Assembly (NCBI RefSeq): GCF_963921235.1
Contig: NC_086097.1
Coordinates: forward strand, 124,746,001 to 124,810,000
Length of the DNA stretch: 64,000 nt
Origin: Mobula hypostoma
Lineage: Eukaryota
Direction of reading: 5' to 3'
Shown: positions 11,025 to 24,143 of the stretch, piece by piece
How positions within the stretch are numbered: the first letter of the stretch is position 1
How the letters are laid out: each line of letters begins with the position of its first letter
Notes under the pieces: generated by a model
Databases searched by the model: none
Seen by the model: only the letters and a program-made list of their open reading frames with translations
What the model was told of the DNA's origin: nothing
Position numbers and translations under genes: made by a program

Positions 11025-13375
11025 CACAGATTCCTCCAGCATTTTTATGTGTTGCTCAACAATCTTCTCTAAATTGGGTGCTGACTATAACACAAAATGT
11101 GTTAAAAATACTCAGCAGGCGTTGACGATGGTGGAAGCCAGAATAAAAAAGGTGGGGAGAGGGTGGAAGGTGATAGGTGAGACTAGTTGAGGGGGAAGAT
11201 GTGTGGGTGGGGAAGGGGGTTGATGATTTTAGAAGCTGAAAGGTGTTAGGTGGAAGAGTAGAGGGCAGACGAAGAAGGAATCTGATAGGAGACTACAGTG
11301 GAGGAAAGGGAAAGAGGAGAGGATTCGGAGGGAGGTGACGGGCAGTTCATGAGGACAGGGGAGGAGAAAGGAAGGAGTGAGGAAACAAAAATGTGGTGGA
11401 AGGGGAGGGGGAAAGAGAGGAGTGGTTACCTAAAGTTAGAAAAATCAATATTTATTCCATCAGGTACATTTGGTCCATCTCTGACATCTCTCTCCCCTTT
11501 CTTGAACTCTTTGTCACCATCAATAGAGACTGATTATCTATGGACTTCAATACAAATCAACTGAACCTCAAAGTTATCTTGATTCTACCTCTTCCAACCC
11601 TGTCATTTGTGAAAATGCTGTTCCCTCTCACAGTTTCTCTGTCTTTGCTGCATCAATTCTCAGGACTAGGCTTTTCTTTCCAGAACATCTGAGATATCCT
11701 TCTTCCAAGAACAGTGTTTCCCTTCCTCCATCATCATTGCAGCCCTCACCTACATTTCCTCCATTTCCCGTATATCTACCTTCACCCCATCATCCCGCCA
11801 CCATAATATGAGCAGTATTCTCTTTCTCCTTGCCTACCACCCTCCAAGCCTCCATATCCGGTGCACCATTCTTCATAACCTCTGCTATCTTCAATAGGAT
11901 CCTACCACTCAACGCATCATTCCCTCCCCCCTCCCATTCTCCACTTTCCGTAGGGATCGCAGGAGGAATGGAGATGGGCTAGCCCCTACTGATATCAATG
12001 GATCTGGGGTTGAGAGGGTGAACAGCTTTAAGTTCCTCGGCATAATCATCACCGAGGATCTCACGTGGTCTGTCACCTCAGACGGTTGAGTAAGTTTGGT
12101 ATGGGCCCCCCCAAATCCGAAGGACTTTCTACAGGGGAACAATTGAAAGTATCCTGACTGGCTGCATCACTGCCTGGTACGGGAACTGTACCTCCCTTAA
12201 TCGCAGGACTCTGCGGAGAGTGGTGCGGACAGCCCAGCGCATCTGTAGTTGTGAACTTCCCACTATTCAGGACATTTACAAAGACAGGTGTGAAAAAAGA
12301 GCCCGAAGGGTCATTGGGGATTCGAGTCACACCAAACCCAAAATGTTCTAGCTGTTACCATCTGGAAAACAGTACAGCAGCATAAAAGCCAAGACTGACA
12401 GGCTCCAGGATTAACTCACGCTGGTTTGTGTATTTCTATGTTACATTGACTTCTATTTACTATAAATTATTATAATTACTATGATTGCACATTTAGATGG
12501 AGACATAACGTAAAGATCTCCACTCCTCATGTATGTGAAGGACATAAGAAATAAAGTCAATTCAATTCATGTTTGTCTCCACCTGATCTCCCTCCAGGCA
12601 CTTATCTCTGCACCTCCCCCCTCACTAACATTCAGGGCCCCAAACAGTCCTTCTAGTTGAGAAGACACTTTGCCTGCAAGTCTGACGGAGTCACCTGTTG
12701 TATCTGGTACTCCTGGTGTGGCCTCCTCTACACTGGTGAGACCCAACAGAGATTGGGGAGATGGCTTTGTTGAGCACCTTTGCTCTGTCTGTTACAAAAG
12801 TAGGATTTTCTGGTGGCCACCGATTTGAAATGGACTTCCCATTCCTACACTGACACGTCTGTCCATGGCCTTCCCTACTGCTGTGATGAGACCAAATGCA
12901 GATTGGAGGAGCAACATCTCATATTCTCTCTGGATGGTCACCAACCTGATGGCAGCAATTTCTCCAATTTCTGGTAATCACTGCTCTCCTTTCCTCTTCC
13001 CCCTTTTTCTTTCCCTAATTCTGTGACCCTCTCACCCTTTCTCTTCTCCTCCCCCACCTTTATGACCTGCCCATCAACCCCCTCCAGTTCTCCTCCTCTT
13101 TCTCTTTACTCCATTGTCCTCTCCTATCAGATTCCTTCTTACTCAGACCTCTACCTCTTCCACCTATCACCTCCCAGCTTCTCACATCATCTCCCTTCCC
13201 CCTCAACTGGCTTCACCTATTACTGTCAGCTTGTAGTTCTCCCCTTCCCCCTACTTTTTTTTATTTTGGGTTCTGCCCTTTTCCTTCCCAGTCCTCATGA
13301 GGGGCCTCAGCCTGAAACTACGACTATTTATTCCACTCCATAGTGATTTGCTGATTTTGCACAGCTCTTTGTGTG
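11025..13375. mobile_element. Penelope-like element with inverted 5' part (11025-11460 minus; 11465-13375 plus), interrupted by Rex1
   Basis: Minus-strand 3' UTR/pLTR abuts plus-strand RT C-terminus, GIY-YIG remnant (12650-12950) and pLTR with degenerate hammerhead at ~13290. Confidence 0.8.
11961..12570 (+). mobile_element. 5'-truncated Rex1/Babar LINE
   Basis: INGSGVERVNSFKFLG, FYRGTIESILTGCITAWYG motifs; aataaag plus (caatt)n tail. Confidence 0.82.
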
Positions 13376-13862
13376 TATGACATTCACCTTTAATGTAGTG
13401 AAAGCAAGCTCATTCAACATGTCCACAGATTTAAAGGCAACAGAAGGCATTCAAGTATCAGAGGGTGCAGTGATAAACCGTGTAGGCCAAGGGTTTAGAA
13501 TCAGTATGTAGTTGATCTTTGACATGCCCTGTCGTAGGGAGAATATACATTAGTACGAGTTCCTAGTGATTATGAAGTAATTTTCTGCAATATACAGAGC
13601 TTGCTGATAAGTTGTCAGCTGCCAACAATGATGGAATTATTCACAGCAAGAATCATCGATGTGGATACTAGACACTGTGTGTGTGAAATCCGATCTCAGA
13701 AATTTGACTTAGTGTTTTGAAGAGGTGACCAAGAGGATAGACAAGTGCCTTTAGCAAGACCCTGCCTGGAAGGCTGGTCGAGAAGTTTAGATCCGATGGG
13801 ATGCAGGGTGAGCTAGCCAATTGCATACAAAATTCATTTGGTCATAAGAGTCAGAGAATGAT

Positions 13863-14518
13863 AGAACATAGAACATCACAGCATATATCAGCTCTTTGGC
13901 CCACTGTGTTGTGCCAACCTTTTAACCTGCTCTAAGATCAATCTAATTTTTCTTTCCCACATATCCCTCCATTTTCTTATCATCCATATGCCTTTATAAT
14001 CGCCTCTGAAATGCCCCTCATGTATGTGCCTCCTCCACCAACCCTCACAGTCCACACAGTCCCCATTCTGTGTAAAAACTGACCTCTGACCAACCCCAAC
14101 AGTCCACACAATCCCCATTCTGTGTAAAAACCTACCTCTATCATCCACCCTTTACTTTCCTCCAATCACCTTAAAATTATGCCCCCTTATATTAGTGATT
14201 TCTGCCCTGGGGAAAAATCTCTGGCTGTCCACTCAATCTATAACTCTTATCATCTTATACACCTCTATCAATTCATCTCTCATCTTCTTTGCTCCAGGGA
14301 GAAAAGCCTTATCTCACTCAACATATCCTCATAAGACATGCTCTTCAATCCAGGCAACGTCCTGGTAAATCTCCTCCGCACCCTCTCTAAAGCTTCCACA
14401 TCCTTCCTATAATGAGGCAACCAGAACGGAACACAATATTCATAGAGCGGTCTAACCAGAGTTTTATAGAGATCAACATTGCTTTGAGGCTCTTGAACTT
14501 AGTTCCCTGACTAATGAA
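13863..14518 (-). mobile_element. CR1 LINE 3' fragment
   Basis: (tagaaca) tail at 13862; CR1 ORF2 C-terminus on the minus strand. Confidence 0.85.
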
Positions 14519-14964
14519 GATGGTGGAGAGTTGTTTTCCGGATTGGAGGCTCATGATGAGTGGTGTGCAGCAGGAATCCTTGCTAAGTCCCCTGACGCTG
14601 GTCATCCCTATAAACCATTTGGATGACAGTGTTGTTAACGTGATTAGTAATACTGGTGGTGTGTTGGACAGGGAAGAAGGTTAGCTGAGGTTACAAGAAG
14701 ATCAAGATCAAATTTGGCAAAATGGCAGGTGGAAATTAACAGCAAAAGGAAAGTGATGAATTTGGGAAAGTTAAACCTGAGCAGGATTTACACTGTAAAT
14801 GAGGGGTGTTGTAGAGCAGTGAGACCTAGATGTACAAATGCATAGTTTCCTGGAAGTGGTGAAGAAGGCATATGGCAAACTTGCCTTTATTGGTCAGGCC
14901 ACTGAGTATAAGAAATGGGGTGTCACTATATCTGTACAAATATTGGCAAGACCACATTTTAGTA

Positions 14965-16265
14965 CAAACGAGAGAAAATCTGCAGATGCTGGAAATCTAA
15001 GCAACACACACAAAATGCCGGGGAAACTCGGCAGGCCTGGCAGCATCTATGGAAAAGAGTAAACAGTCAACATTTGGGGCCGAGACCCTTCATCAGGACT
15101 GGATAGTGCACATGCACCGGTCGTGCATGCAGCCTGGTACAGCCGTTCCGATCTGTTCTTACTTTCTTCTTCTTACTTTTTAATTTACGTTATTTTTTGT
15201 ATTTTTTTTCTCACGGTAATACGTCGAAGCTGCACCCTCTCTAACATGCTGGTAGAGAGAGTTTTATTTGGGTTTTTTTTTAGCGCTGGAAATAGTTACA
15301 TCCCGAAACACAGGACAGAAGCAAGGTCGCATTGTGTATTCCATGGACCAGCAAATACCGGCTGGTTTAGTGAGCAGAGCGGCGGACACCCCTGCTGAAA
15401 TCCGGAGGGAAACACACAGAGGATGCAGAGGGGAATCACAAAGCCGAGGAAAGAGGACCAGGTCGAGACAACAGAGACTTCTGGAGAAGAGGAGTTGGGT
15501 GGGTAATACCGTTCCGGTTGACTGGAAGTGCACTGAGAGCGGTAAGCATAAAGGAATTGGGTGCTTACTGATCTCATTAACAACGGATGGTGCAATCCGG
15601 GGTATATTACGATCGAGGAACGTGTTTGCAGACTGGGTATTGAACTTCTCACTGTTGGACTTCGGCCATATTCCACCATGATACAACACTTGGCGGCACG
15701 GGAGGTCGTTCCTGCCTGTGGCCATCGAACGTGCAGCTCCTCCCGTGGAGGGTCAGACACCCTGAGCCAATAGACTGGTCCTGGACTTATTTTCCATCTG
15801 GCATAGTTTGCATTTTATTGTTTAATTGTTGGGTTTTTTGTATTGCTATAATTATGCTCTATTCTTGGTTGGTGTGGCTGTAATGAAACCAAATTTCCCT
15901 CAGGATTAATAAAGTATATCTATCTATCTATCTAAAAAAGATGAGACGTCAGAGCAAGGCGGTGGTGGGGTGGGGAGGAAGAAGTACAACGTGGTAGGTG
16001 ATAGGTGAAACCAGGAGAGGGGAGAGGGGTGAAGTAAACAGCTGGGAAGTCGACTGGTGAAAGAGATACAGGGCTGGAGAAGGGGGAATCTGATAGGAGA
16101 GGACAGAAGACCATGGAAGAAAGGGAAGGGGCAGGAGCACCAGAGGGAGGTAAGGAGATAAGGTGAGAGAGGGAAATGGGAATGGCGGATGGCGAAGGGA
16201 TCACTAGAAGTTTGAGAAATCAGTATTTATGTCATCATGTTGGAGGCTACCCAGATGGAAAATAA
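14965..16265 (-). mobile_element. Penelope pLTR/3' UTR interrupted by a non-autonomous Rex1-like element
   Basis: pLTR 14965-15102 with hammerhead motif on the minus strand; resumes at 15934. Confidence 0.8.
15104..15933 (+). mobile_element. Non-autonomous Rex1/L2-type retroposon with (ctat)n tail
   Basis: CpG-rich body; basic RGCRG..RQQRL 5' segment; ends aataaagtatatctatctatctatct; splits a Penelope pLTR. Confidence 0.6.
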
Positions 16266-16279
16266 CACCAGTGTGCAAA

Positions 16280-16546
16280 TAGCTAATACAAGGGGGCACA
16301 ATTTTAAAGTGATTGAGGGAAAGTATAGGGGGGATGTCAGAGTTAAGTTTTTTACACAGAGAGTGGTAGGTACATGGAATGCCCTACCAGGGTGGTGGTA
16401 AAGGCTGACATATTAGACACGTTTAAGAAACTCTTAGATAGGCACATGGATGATAGAAAAATGGTGAACTACGTAGCAGGGAGATTAAAATGACAGCCCA
16501 TCATCGTGGTCGAAGGTTAACTCAGGTTAGTGTTCTATGTTCTATG
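16280..16546 (+). mobile_element. CR1 3' end
   Basis: FFTQRVVGTWNALP motif; ttctatgttctatg tail. Confidence 0.8.
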
Positions 16547-17683
16547 AATGTTACAGGGATTGGAGGGGCTTGAGGTATCAGGAGAGTCTGGATAAGCTGA
16601 AACTGTTTTCTCTGAAGAGTAGGAGGGTGAGGGGTGTCCCTATAGAGGTGTATAGAATCATGATGCGATAGATAATAAAGATTACATTCTTCTCCTCGGG
16701 GTACAGGAGTCTAAAACAAGGGGGAAAGAGGGGAAACATTTAAAAGAGGCAAGTTTTCCCACAAAGAAAGTGGTGGATATATGGAACAATTTGCAGAGGA
16801 AGTGATAGAGATGGGTACATTTACAACATTTAAAATACATTTAGACAGCTTCACGGATAGGAAATGTTTAGAGGGATTTGGGCCAAATGCAGGCAAACAG
16901 GTCTCACTGAGGTAGACAACTTGCTTGGCACGAATGAGTTAGACCAAGGGCCCTGTCTGCACGCTGTATAACTCTATGACTCCATGACATTTTGGGGAAG
17001 GAGAAAAAACTGAAGTTAGTCTTCCGATGTTACCAGTCGTTGTTCTGCAGTTAGTGCGTATTGAACATTCTCCCCATGAATGTGTGGATGCTTCCAAATA
17101 CATACGGGTTAACGCTCGTGAGTTGTGGGCATGCTATGTTGGTGCCAGAAGCGTGGTAAAACTTGTGGGCTGCCCCTCACAATCCTCACTGATTTCATTT
17201 GCTGCAAACAACACATTTCACTGTATGTTTTCATGTACATTTGACAAATAAAGCTAACTCCATTTTGGAAAAAGAACTGGCTATTGCTGTATAACAGAGT
17301 GGTGGAAGACTGGTCCTAGATCAGAGTTTAACTTAGCAACACGCTGGAAGGGACAGATTGGAGATGAACTTTCACAGTGTGTATTTCCTGCATGTGATAC
17401 TAGGGGTAGTTTCAGGGGAAACATTCAGCTTCCAGTGGGAAAGGTAGCAGTCAATGTGAAGTTCAAGAGGCAGTTCTAGAGGACCCTGGGAGGACACTTG
17501 GTGGTATAATACTGAGGAGGTTTTGAATATGCATTGTGGCAAATGGAAGTATGATGGCCCATTCAGAAACCACAGGACGCTACAATCTATGGACAGAAGC
17601 ATTCAGAAGCCATCATCCTAAGACCTCAGAGGCTCAGAAGACATCATCATAATGTCTTACCAATCTATTACTACCTACTACCT

Positions 17684-18259
17684 AGGTATATTAAGGTTGT
17701 TATTGCTGGAGGTGGTAGTGGGGAATAAGCTCCCACTACTTATTAAATCCTCCCAGTTTTGCGCTTCTCAAATAGCCTCTGACAACCAAGCCCCGCTCCT
17801 GGCCTTCATGTGTGGCTTAGCCACTAAACCCGGTGAAACCATTTCAGGAGAAGGGGCAAAGGTGGGTTACTGGTGCCTTAAAACCAGTCGCTTTGGGCAA
17901 ATAGGGCTCGTCAGCTGTGGCTGGCAGCTCATTTAGGAGAAGGAAAACTCCGATCTCAAACCTCTGCTGCCTTGCGGCTGTACCCACTCATGGGGAAGGC
18001 TTCAGAAGTAATCACGGAGGGAAAAATCCGGAGCTGGAGTCCTACATTGAGTTCAATGCTGACTGGCAACTCCTGCAATGCTGCTGGTACCAAACTGTAT
18101 CAGTCTCCTTTGGATTCCTTTGGATTCATCAGCTGCGTGGAGACAGGGAGCTTGCTACATGGGCAACAGCTTGTTCTCCATATTGTACTGCCCAGGCTTG
18201 TGTATCGAGACAGCTAGGACGCAATATCCATGGTCGATTCTGACCGACGGAGGCCTCAG
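17684..18259 (+). mobile_element. Non-autonomous RTE-related retroposon (576 bp) with 14-bp TSD
   Basis: TSD actacctaYtacct at 17670-17683 and 18260-18273; RTE-type 3' stem-loop ccatggtcgattctgaccgacggaggcc; no Pol III head. Confidence 0.75.
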
Positions 18260-20023
18260 ACTACCTATTACCTCAGTCACTGCATGGCACTGTAAATAGT
18301 TTAAACCACTTTTTATAATGCTGTTTACATTGAAAATAAATGTTTTACATTGTACTCTTTATATAATACTTTATTCTTATAATTGTTGAGTATTGTTTTT
18401 GTGGAAACTCTGCTCAAGGCCCACCCACTCAGTTAATCTTCTAAATACTGCCACCAAGTTTCAAAGTTCAAAGTAAATTTATTATCAAAATACATATATG
18501 TCACCTTATACTACCCTGAGATTCATTTTCTTGTGGACATTCACAGTAGAACCAAGAAATACAACAGAAAAGCTACCCACAAAGATTGACAAGCAATCAT
18601 TGTACAAATGAAGACAAACTCTGCAAATAAGAATGAATAAGTAAATAAATAAAAATACCATCAGGCAGGATGTACAGAAGCCTTAGGGTGCACACCACGA
18701 GGTTCAGGAACAGTTATCACCCTTCAAAGATCAGGTTCCTGAATCAACCTGGATAACTTCACTCACCTCGGCACTGAACTGATTCCACAACCTACAGACT
18801 CCCTTTCAAGGACTCTACAACTCACCTTCTCAATATTATTTGTACAGTTTGTCTTTTGCACATTTGATGTTTGTCAATCTTTGTTTATGTATGGTTCAAT
18901 TGTTAATTCTATTGTTTTCATTTTTCTGTAAATATCTGCAAGAAAATGAATCTCAAGATAGCATATGGTAACATAAATGTACTTCGATAATAAATTTACT
19001 TTGACTTGGCTTTGAAGCCTCCAACCTTTGACAGATTAGTGGGCAGATGGGACTAGCTCGCTGGGCAACACAGTTGACATGGATGAGTTGGGCCAAAGGG
19101 TCTGTTTCCATGGCGACTCTATATGACTCGAACCTGACGCATACACTCTTTCGACTTCCTCTGAGGCTGCCGTGACCTCCTGAGTGCTTACTGACTTTTC
19201 TGCCTTTATTTCAGATATCCTGCTTGAAAAGATTTTTGATTTACTTCAGTATTTGTAGTCTATAGAAGTAAAGTAATTGGATGTATTATGCAGATTAGTT
19301 TGGAGAGTTTAAATCAGAATCAGGTTTATGATCACTGACATATGTTATGAAATCAGTTGTGCTGCAGCAGAGGTACTGTGCATAAAAATTACTATAAGAA
19401 ATGTATTAAAAAATAAGTATTGCAAAAGAGAGCGAGGTAGTGAGATAGTGTTCATGGGTTGGTTCATTGTCCATTCGGAAGTCTGACGGTAGAGAGGAAG
19501 AAGCTTCTTCCTAAAACATTTAGTGATGTGTTTTCATGCTCCTGTACCTCCTCTCTGATCGTAGTAATGAGAAGAGGGCATGTCCTGGATGGTGAGGGTC
19601 GTTCACGATGGATGCCGCCTTCTTGGGGCATCACCTATTGAAGATATCCTGGGAGGTGTGTTTAATTTTGGGGAGCTAAGTATTATTTCTTTCCATCCCT
19701 TCATTGACTTTCCTACTTTTACTTACTGGCTAACAAGTGGCCTTTTGTGAAGAACAGAAGTCACTGCACAATGCAGGAGCTGTGTGATTTGTGTTGGGGG
19801 AAAGAATGTTGGGTGTGGGGTGGGGAATAGATTTTGCATGTTGTTTTCAAGTAGGTGTACCAAGAGAACCCAGCTTTATAGTGAAAGAGGTCCCTTGGTC
19901 TGCCAGCACATTGAGATGTCTGTGGAGAAATACAGCTGGCTGGCATGTTTCAGATTGCAGGTGTATTTGCTGAAGGACATGTTGAAACACGGTGCAGCCA
20001 CCACAAGGGCTCAGTGAGGAAGG

Positions 20024-22205
20024 AGTTCCACTACTACAGAGTACTTCCATTACTACAGGGTGCTTCCGTTACTACAGGGTAATTCCACTACCACAGAGTA
20101 CTTCCGTTACTACAGGGTACTTCCACCACTACAGAGTACTTCCATTACTACAGGGTAATTCCACTGCTACAGGGTACTTCCATTACTACAGGGTAATTCC
20201 ACTGCTACAGGCTGCTTCCACTGCTACAGGGTGCTTCCACTACTACAGGGTGCTTCCACTATTACAGAGTACTTCCACTGCTACAGAGTACTTCCATTAC
20301 TACAGAGTACTTCCACTACTACGGGGTACTTCCACTACTACAGAGTACTTCCACTGCTACAGAGTACTTCCATTACTACAGGGTGCTTCTGTTACTACAG
20401 GGTAATTCCACTACCACAGAGTACTTCCGTTACTACAGGGTACTTCCACCACTACAGAGTACTTCCATTACTACAGGGTAATTCCACTGCTACAGGGTAC
20501 TTCCATTACTACAGGGTAATTCCACTGCTACAGGCTGCTTCCACTGCTACAGGGTGCTTCCACTACTACAGGGTGCTTCCACTATTACAGAGTACTTCCA
20601 CTGCTACAGAGTACTTCCATTACTACAGAGTACTTCCACTACTACGGGGTACTTCCACTACTACAGAGTACTTCCACTGCTACAGAGTACTTCCATTACT
20701 ACAGGGTGCTTCTGTTACTACAGGGTAATTCCACTACCACAGAGTACTTCCGTTACTACAGGGTACTTCCACCACTACAGAGTACTTCCATTACTACAGG
20801 GTAATTCCACTGCTACAGGGTACTTCCATTACTACAGGGTAATTCCACTGCTACAGGCTGCTTCCACTGCTACAGGGTGCTTCCACTACTACAGGGTGCT
20901 TCCACTATTACAGAGTACTTCCACTACTACGGGGTACTTCCACTACTACAGAGTACTTCCACTGCTACAGAGTACTTCCATTACTACAGAGTACTTCCAC
21001 TACTACAGAGTACTTCCATTACTACAGGGTACTTCCAGTGCTACAGAGTACTTCCACTACTACAGAGTACTTCCGTTACTACAGGGTACTTCCGCTACTA
21101 CAGGGTGCTTCCGCTACTAGAGGGTGCTTCCACTACTACAGAGTACTTCCACTACTACAGAGTACTTCCGTTACTGCAGGGTACTTCCGTTACTACAGAG
21201 TACTTCTGCTACTACAGGGTACTTCCATTATTACATGGTGCTTCCACTACTGGAGAGGGTGCTTCCACTACTATAGGGTACTTCCACTACTACAGAGTAC
21301 TTCCATTACCACAGGGTACTTCCATTACTACAGAGTACTTGCACTACTACAGGGTGCTTCCACTGCTACAGGGTACTTCCACTACTACAGTGTGCTTCCA
21401 CTACTACAGGGTACTTCCACTACTACAGAGTACTTCCACTACTACAGAGTACTTCTGCTACTACAGGGTACTTCCACTACTACAGGGTACTTCTGCTACT
21501 ACAGGGTACTTCCACTACTACAGAGTACTTCCATTACCACAGGGTACTTCCATTACTACAGAGTACTTGCACTACTACAGGGTGCTTCCACTGCTACAGG
21601 GTACTTCCACTACTACAGTGTGCTTCCACTACTACAGGGTACTTCTGCTACTACAGGGTACTTCCACTACTACAGGGTACTTCTGCTACTACAGGGTACT
21701 TCCACTACTATAGGGTACTTCCACTACTACAGAGTACTTCCATTACCACAGGGTACTTCCATTACTACAGAGTACTTGCACTACTACAGGGTGCTTCCAC
21801 TGCTACAGGGTACTTCCACTACTACAGTGTGCTTCCACTACTACAGGGTACTTCCACTACTACAGAGTACTTCCACTACTACAGAGTACTTCTGCTACTA
21901 CAGGGTACTTCCACTACTACAGGGTACTTCTGCTACTACAGGGTACTTCCACTACTATAGGGTACTTCCACTACTACAGAGTACTTCCATTACCACAGGG
22001 TACTTCCATTACTACAGAGTACTTGCACTACTACAGGGTGCTTCCACTGCTACAGGGTACTTCCACTACTACAGTGTGCTTCCACTACTACAGGGTACTT
22101 CCACTACTACAGAGTACTTCCACTACTACAGGGTACTTCCACTACTACAGGGTACTTCCGTTACTAAATGGTGCTTCCGTTACTACAGGGTGCTTCCACT
22201 ACTGG
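20024..22205 (+). repeat. 19-bp minisatellite (~115 copies) with higher-order blocks
   Basis: Consensus acttccactactacagRgt; 323-bp (17-mer) blocks in the left half; 11- to 13-mer blocks in the right half. Confidence 0.97.
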
Positions 22206-22609
22206 AGAGGGAGGGGCTGGGTTGAGTGAGGAAGCCCCTCAGTTATTGTAGTAGTGTACCCACCCCAGAGTGCCATGTAAGTGACAACAGTCCTATTGGT
22301 TTTAATGGATGCAAGAACACGACTTAACACATTGATGATGAATGTAAGAATGAAAAGGCACAGTTCATCCTTTGAGTTATTTTAATTTTTTATTAATAAA
22401 GTTCAGTTTGGTTAAAAAAAAACTTAAAACCTTTCAAGGTACCTGAATCATACCCGCAGCACATATTAGTGCATAGACACAGAAGTCGAAGAGAAGGGAA
22501 GGCAGAAATTTGCAGATGTCAGAAATCCGAAATATAGAGACCACTCAAAGTACTCATTCAGTCTGGGAGCAATTGATAAGCAAGAAACAGATATAATATA
22601 TAATGACCT

Positions 22610-22855
22610 TACATAGAACTTTACAGCACAATTCAGGCCCTTCAGCCCACGATGTTGTGCTGACCTTTTAACCTACTCTACGTGCAATCTAAGCCTTCCC
22701 TTCCACATAGCCTTTCATTTTTCTGTCATCCATGTGCCTATGTAAGAATTTATTAAAAACCCCCTAATGTATCTGCCTTTACCACCACCCCTAGCAGGGT
22801 GTCCCACACACCCACCACTCTCAGTGTAAATACGAACCTACCTTTGACATCCCCA
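22610..22855 (-). mobile_element. CR1 3' end
   Basis: catagaac tail and standard CR1 3' UTR seen elsewhere in the window. Confidence 0.8.
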
Positions 22856-23177
22856 CTATTGGACAGTGAGGGGCCGAGTTGGGTGAGGAAGCTCCTCAAT
22901 TATGTAGCATTGTACCATCCCAGGATATCTTAGAGTAGATTAAAAGGCTGGTACAAATTCACAGGTTTACAAACTAACTCCATCCCACTCCATCTTTTCC
23001 CATACAAAGTGGTCCCACATATCAAAATACAGTCCGCAGCAACACACAAAGGGGCTGGAGAAGCTTAGCAGATCAGACATTATCTTGGAGAGAGATAAAC
23101 AGCTGACATTTCAGGAGATTCTCCTCCCCTACTGATTTCTGGCATCTGCAGGTTCTCGTGTCTCTCAACATTACTTT

Positions 23178-23757
23178 GAGGTAATGTTGCTGTCTTACAA
23201 AACCCTGGTTAGACCACACTTGGAATATTGTGTTCAGTTCGGGTCACTTCATTATAAGATGGATGTGCAATCTTTGAAGAGGGGCAGAGGAGATTTACCA
23301 GGAGCATGGCCTATGAGGACAGGTTGAGCGTGCTAAGGCTTTTCTCTTTGGAGTGATGGAGGAGAAAAGGTGACTCGATAGAAGTGTGCAAGATGATAAG
23401 AGGCATAGGTCAAGTGGATAGCTACAGACCTTTTCCCCAGGATGGAAATGGCTAATAGCAGGGAGCATAATTATAAGGGGATTGGAGGCATCCCCTTATA
23501 AGGGGATTGGGATGATGCCAGAGTTAAGCTTTTTTAAATACGCGGATTGTGATGGGTGCATGAAAGCCCCTGCCAGGGGTGATGGTAGGGGTAGATACAG
23601 AGGAACATTTAAGGAACTCTGAGATAGGCACATGGATGAAAGAAAAATGGAGGGTTTTGTGGGAGGGAAGGACTAGATTGATCTTAGAGTAGGTTAAAAG
23701 ATGGGCACAACATTGTGGGCTGGAGGCCCTGTACTGTGCAGTAATGTTCTATGTTCT
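23178..23757 (+). mobile_element. CR1 3' fragment
   Basis: YKTLVRPHLEYCVQF motif; ttctatgttcta tail. Confidence 0.85.
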
Positions 23758-24143
23758 AAAACTCTGTCCCATGTGTATTCTTTGTTTGAAACCACAGAAT
23801 GCTGGACTCAGCAGGTCAGTGTCAGTTCTGTCTATACAAAGTGTGCACAGAAGTGTAGAGGGAGGTTAGTGGCCTGTTGTCAGGATATTCCAGGGAAGTC
23901 AGAATATTCCATTAATTTAGATATTCCAGTAAGTTCTGATTTTAACCATAAAATAATCATCTTTGAGGTCAATGACCTTTCAACAGAGCTCCCAGAACTG
24001 AGGGATTTAATTTTAAAAGATAGTTATGAAGGCAAAGAGAAGGTACTGTATATGGTGGGGTGGAAACTGAAAGAATAAATGAGAAAAGGGAAGGGCTTGT
24101 GTGACAAACGAGAGTTTTATTGGGACAGAAAGGAAGCAAAATC

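Larger units (their letters stand above)
13700..16985 (+). mobile_element. Old CR1 LINE broken into pieces (13700-13862, 14519-14964, 16547-16985) by nested insertions
   Basis: Collinear RT fragments (FEEVTKRID; MVESCFPDWR...SGV.Q; KKAYGKLAFI; GLEGL) ending in a ctatgact-type tail. Confidence 0.8.

Noticed and set aside
19992..22229. Long YYRVLPLLQ ORFs up to 395 aa
   Set aside because: Translation of a 19-bp satellite in which all three frames give the same peptide
19845..22285. Possible exon from the ag at ~19854 to gtaagt at ~22277
   Set aside because: No recognisable protein, stops in the flank, and it would include the whole satellite
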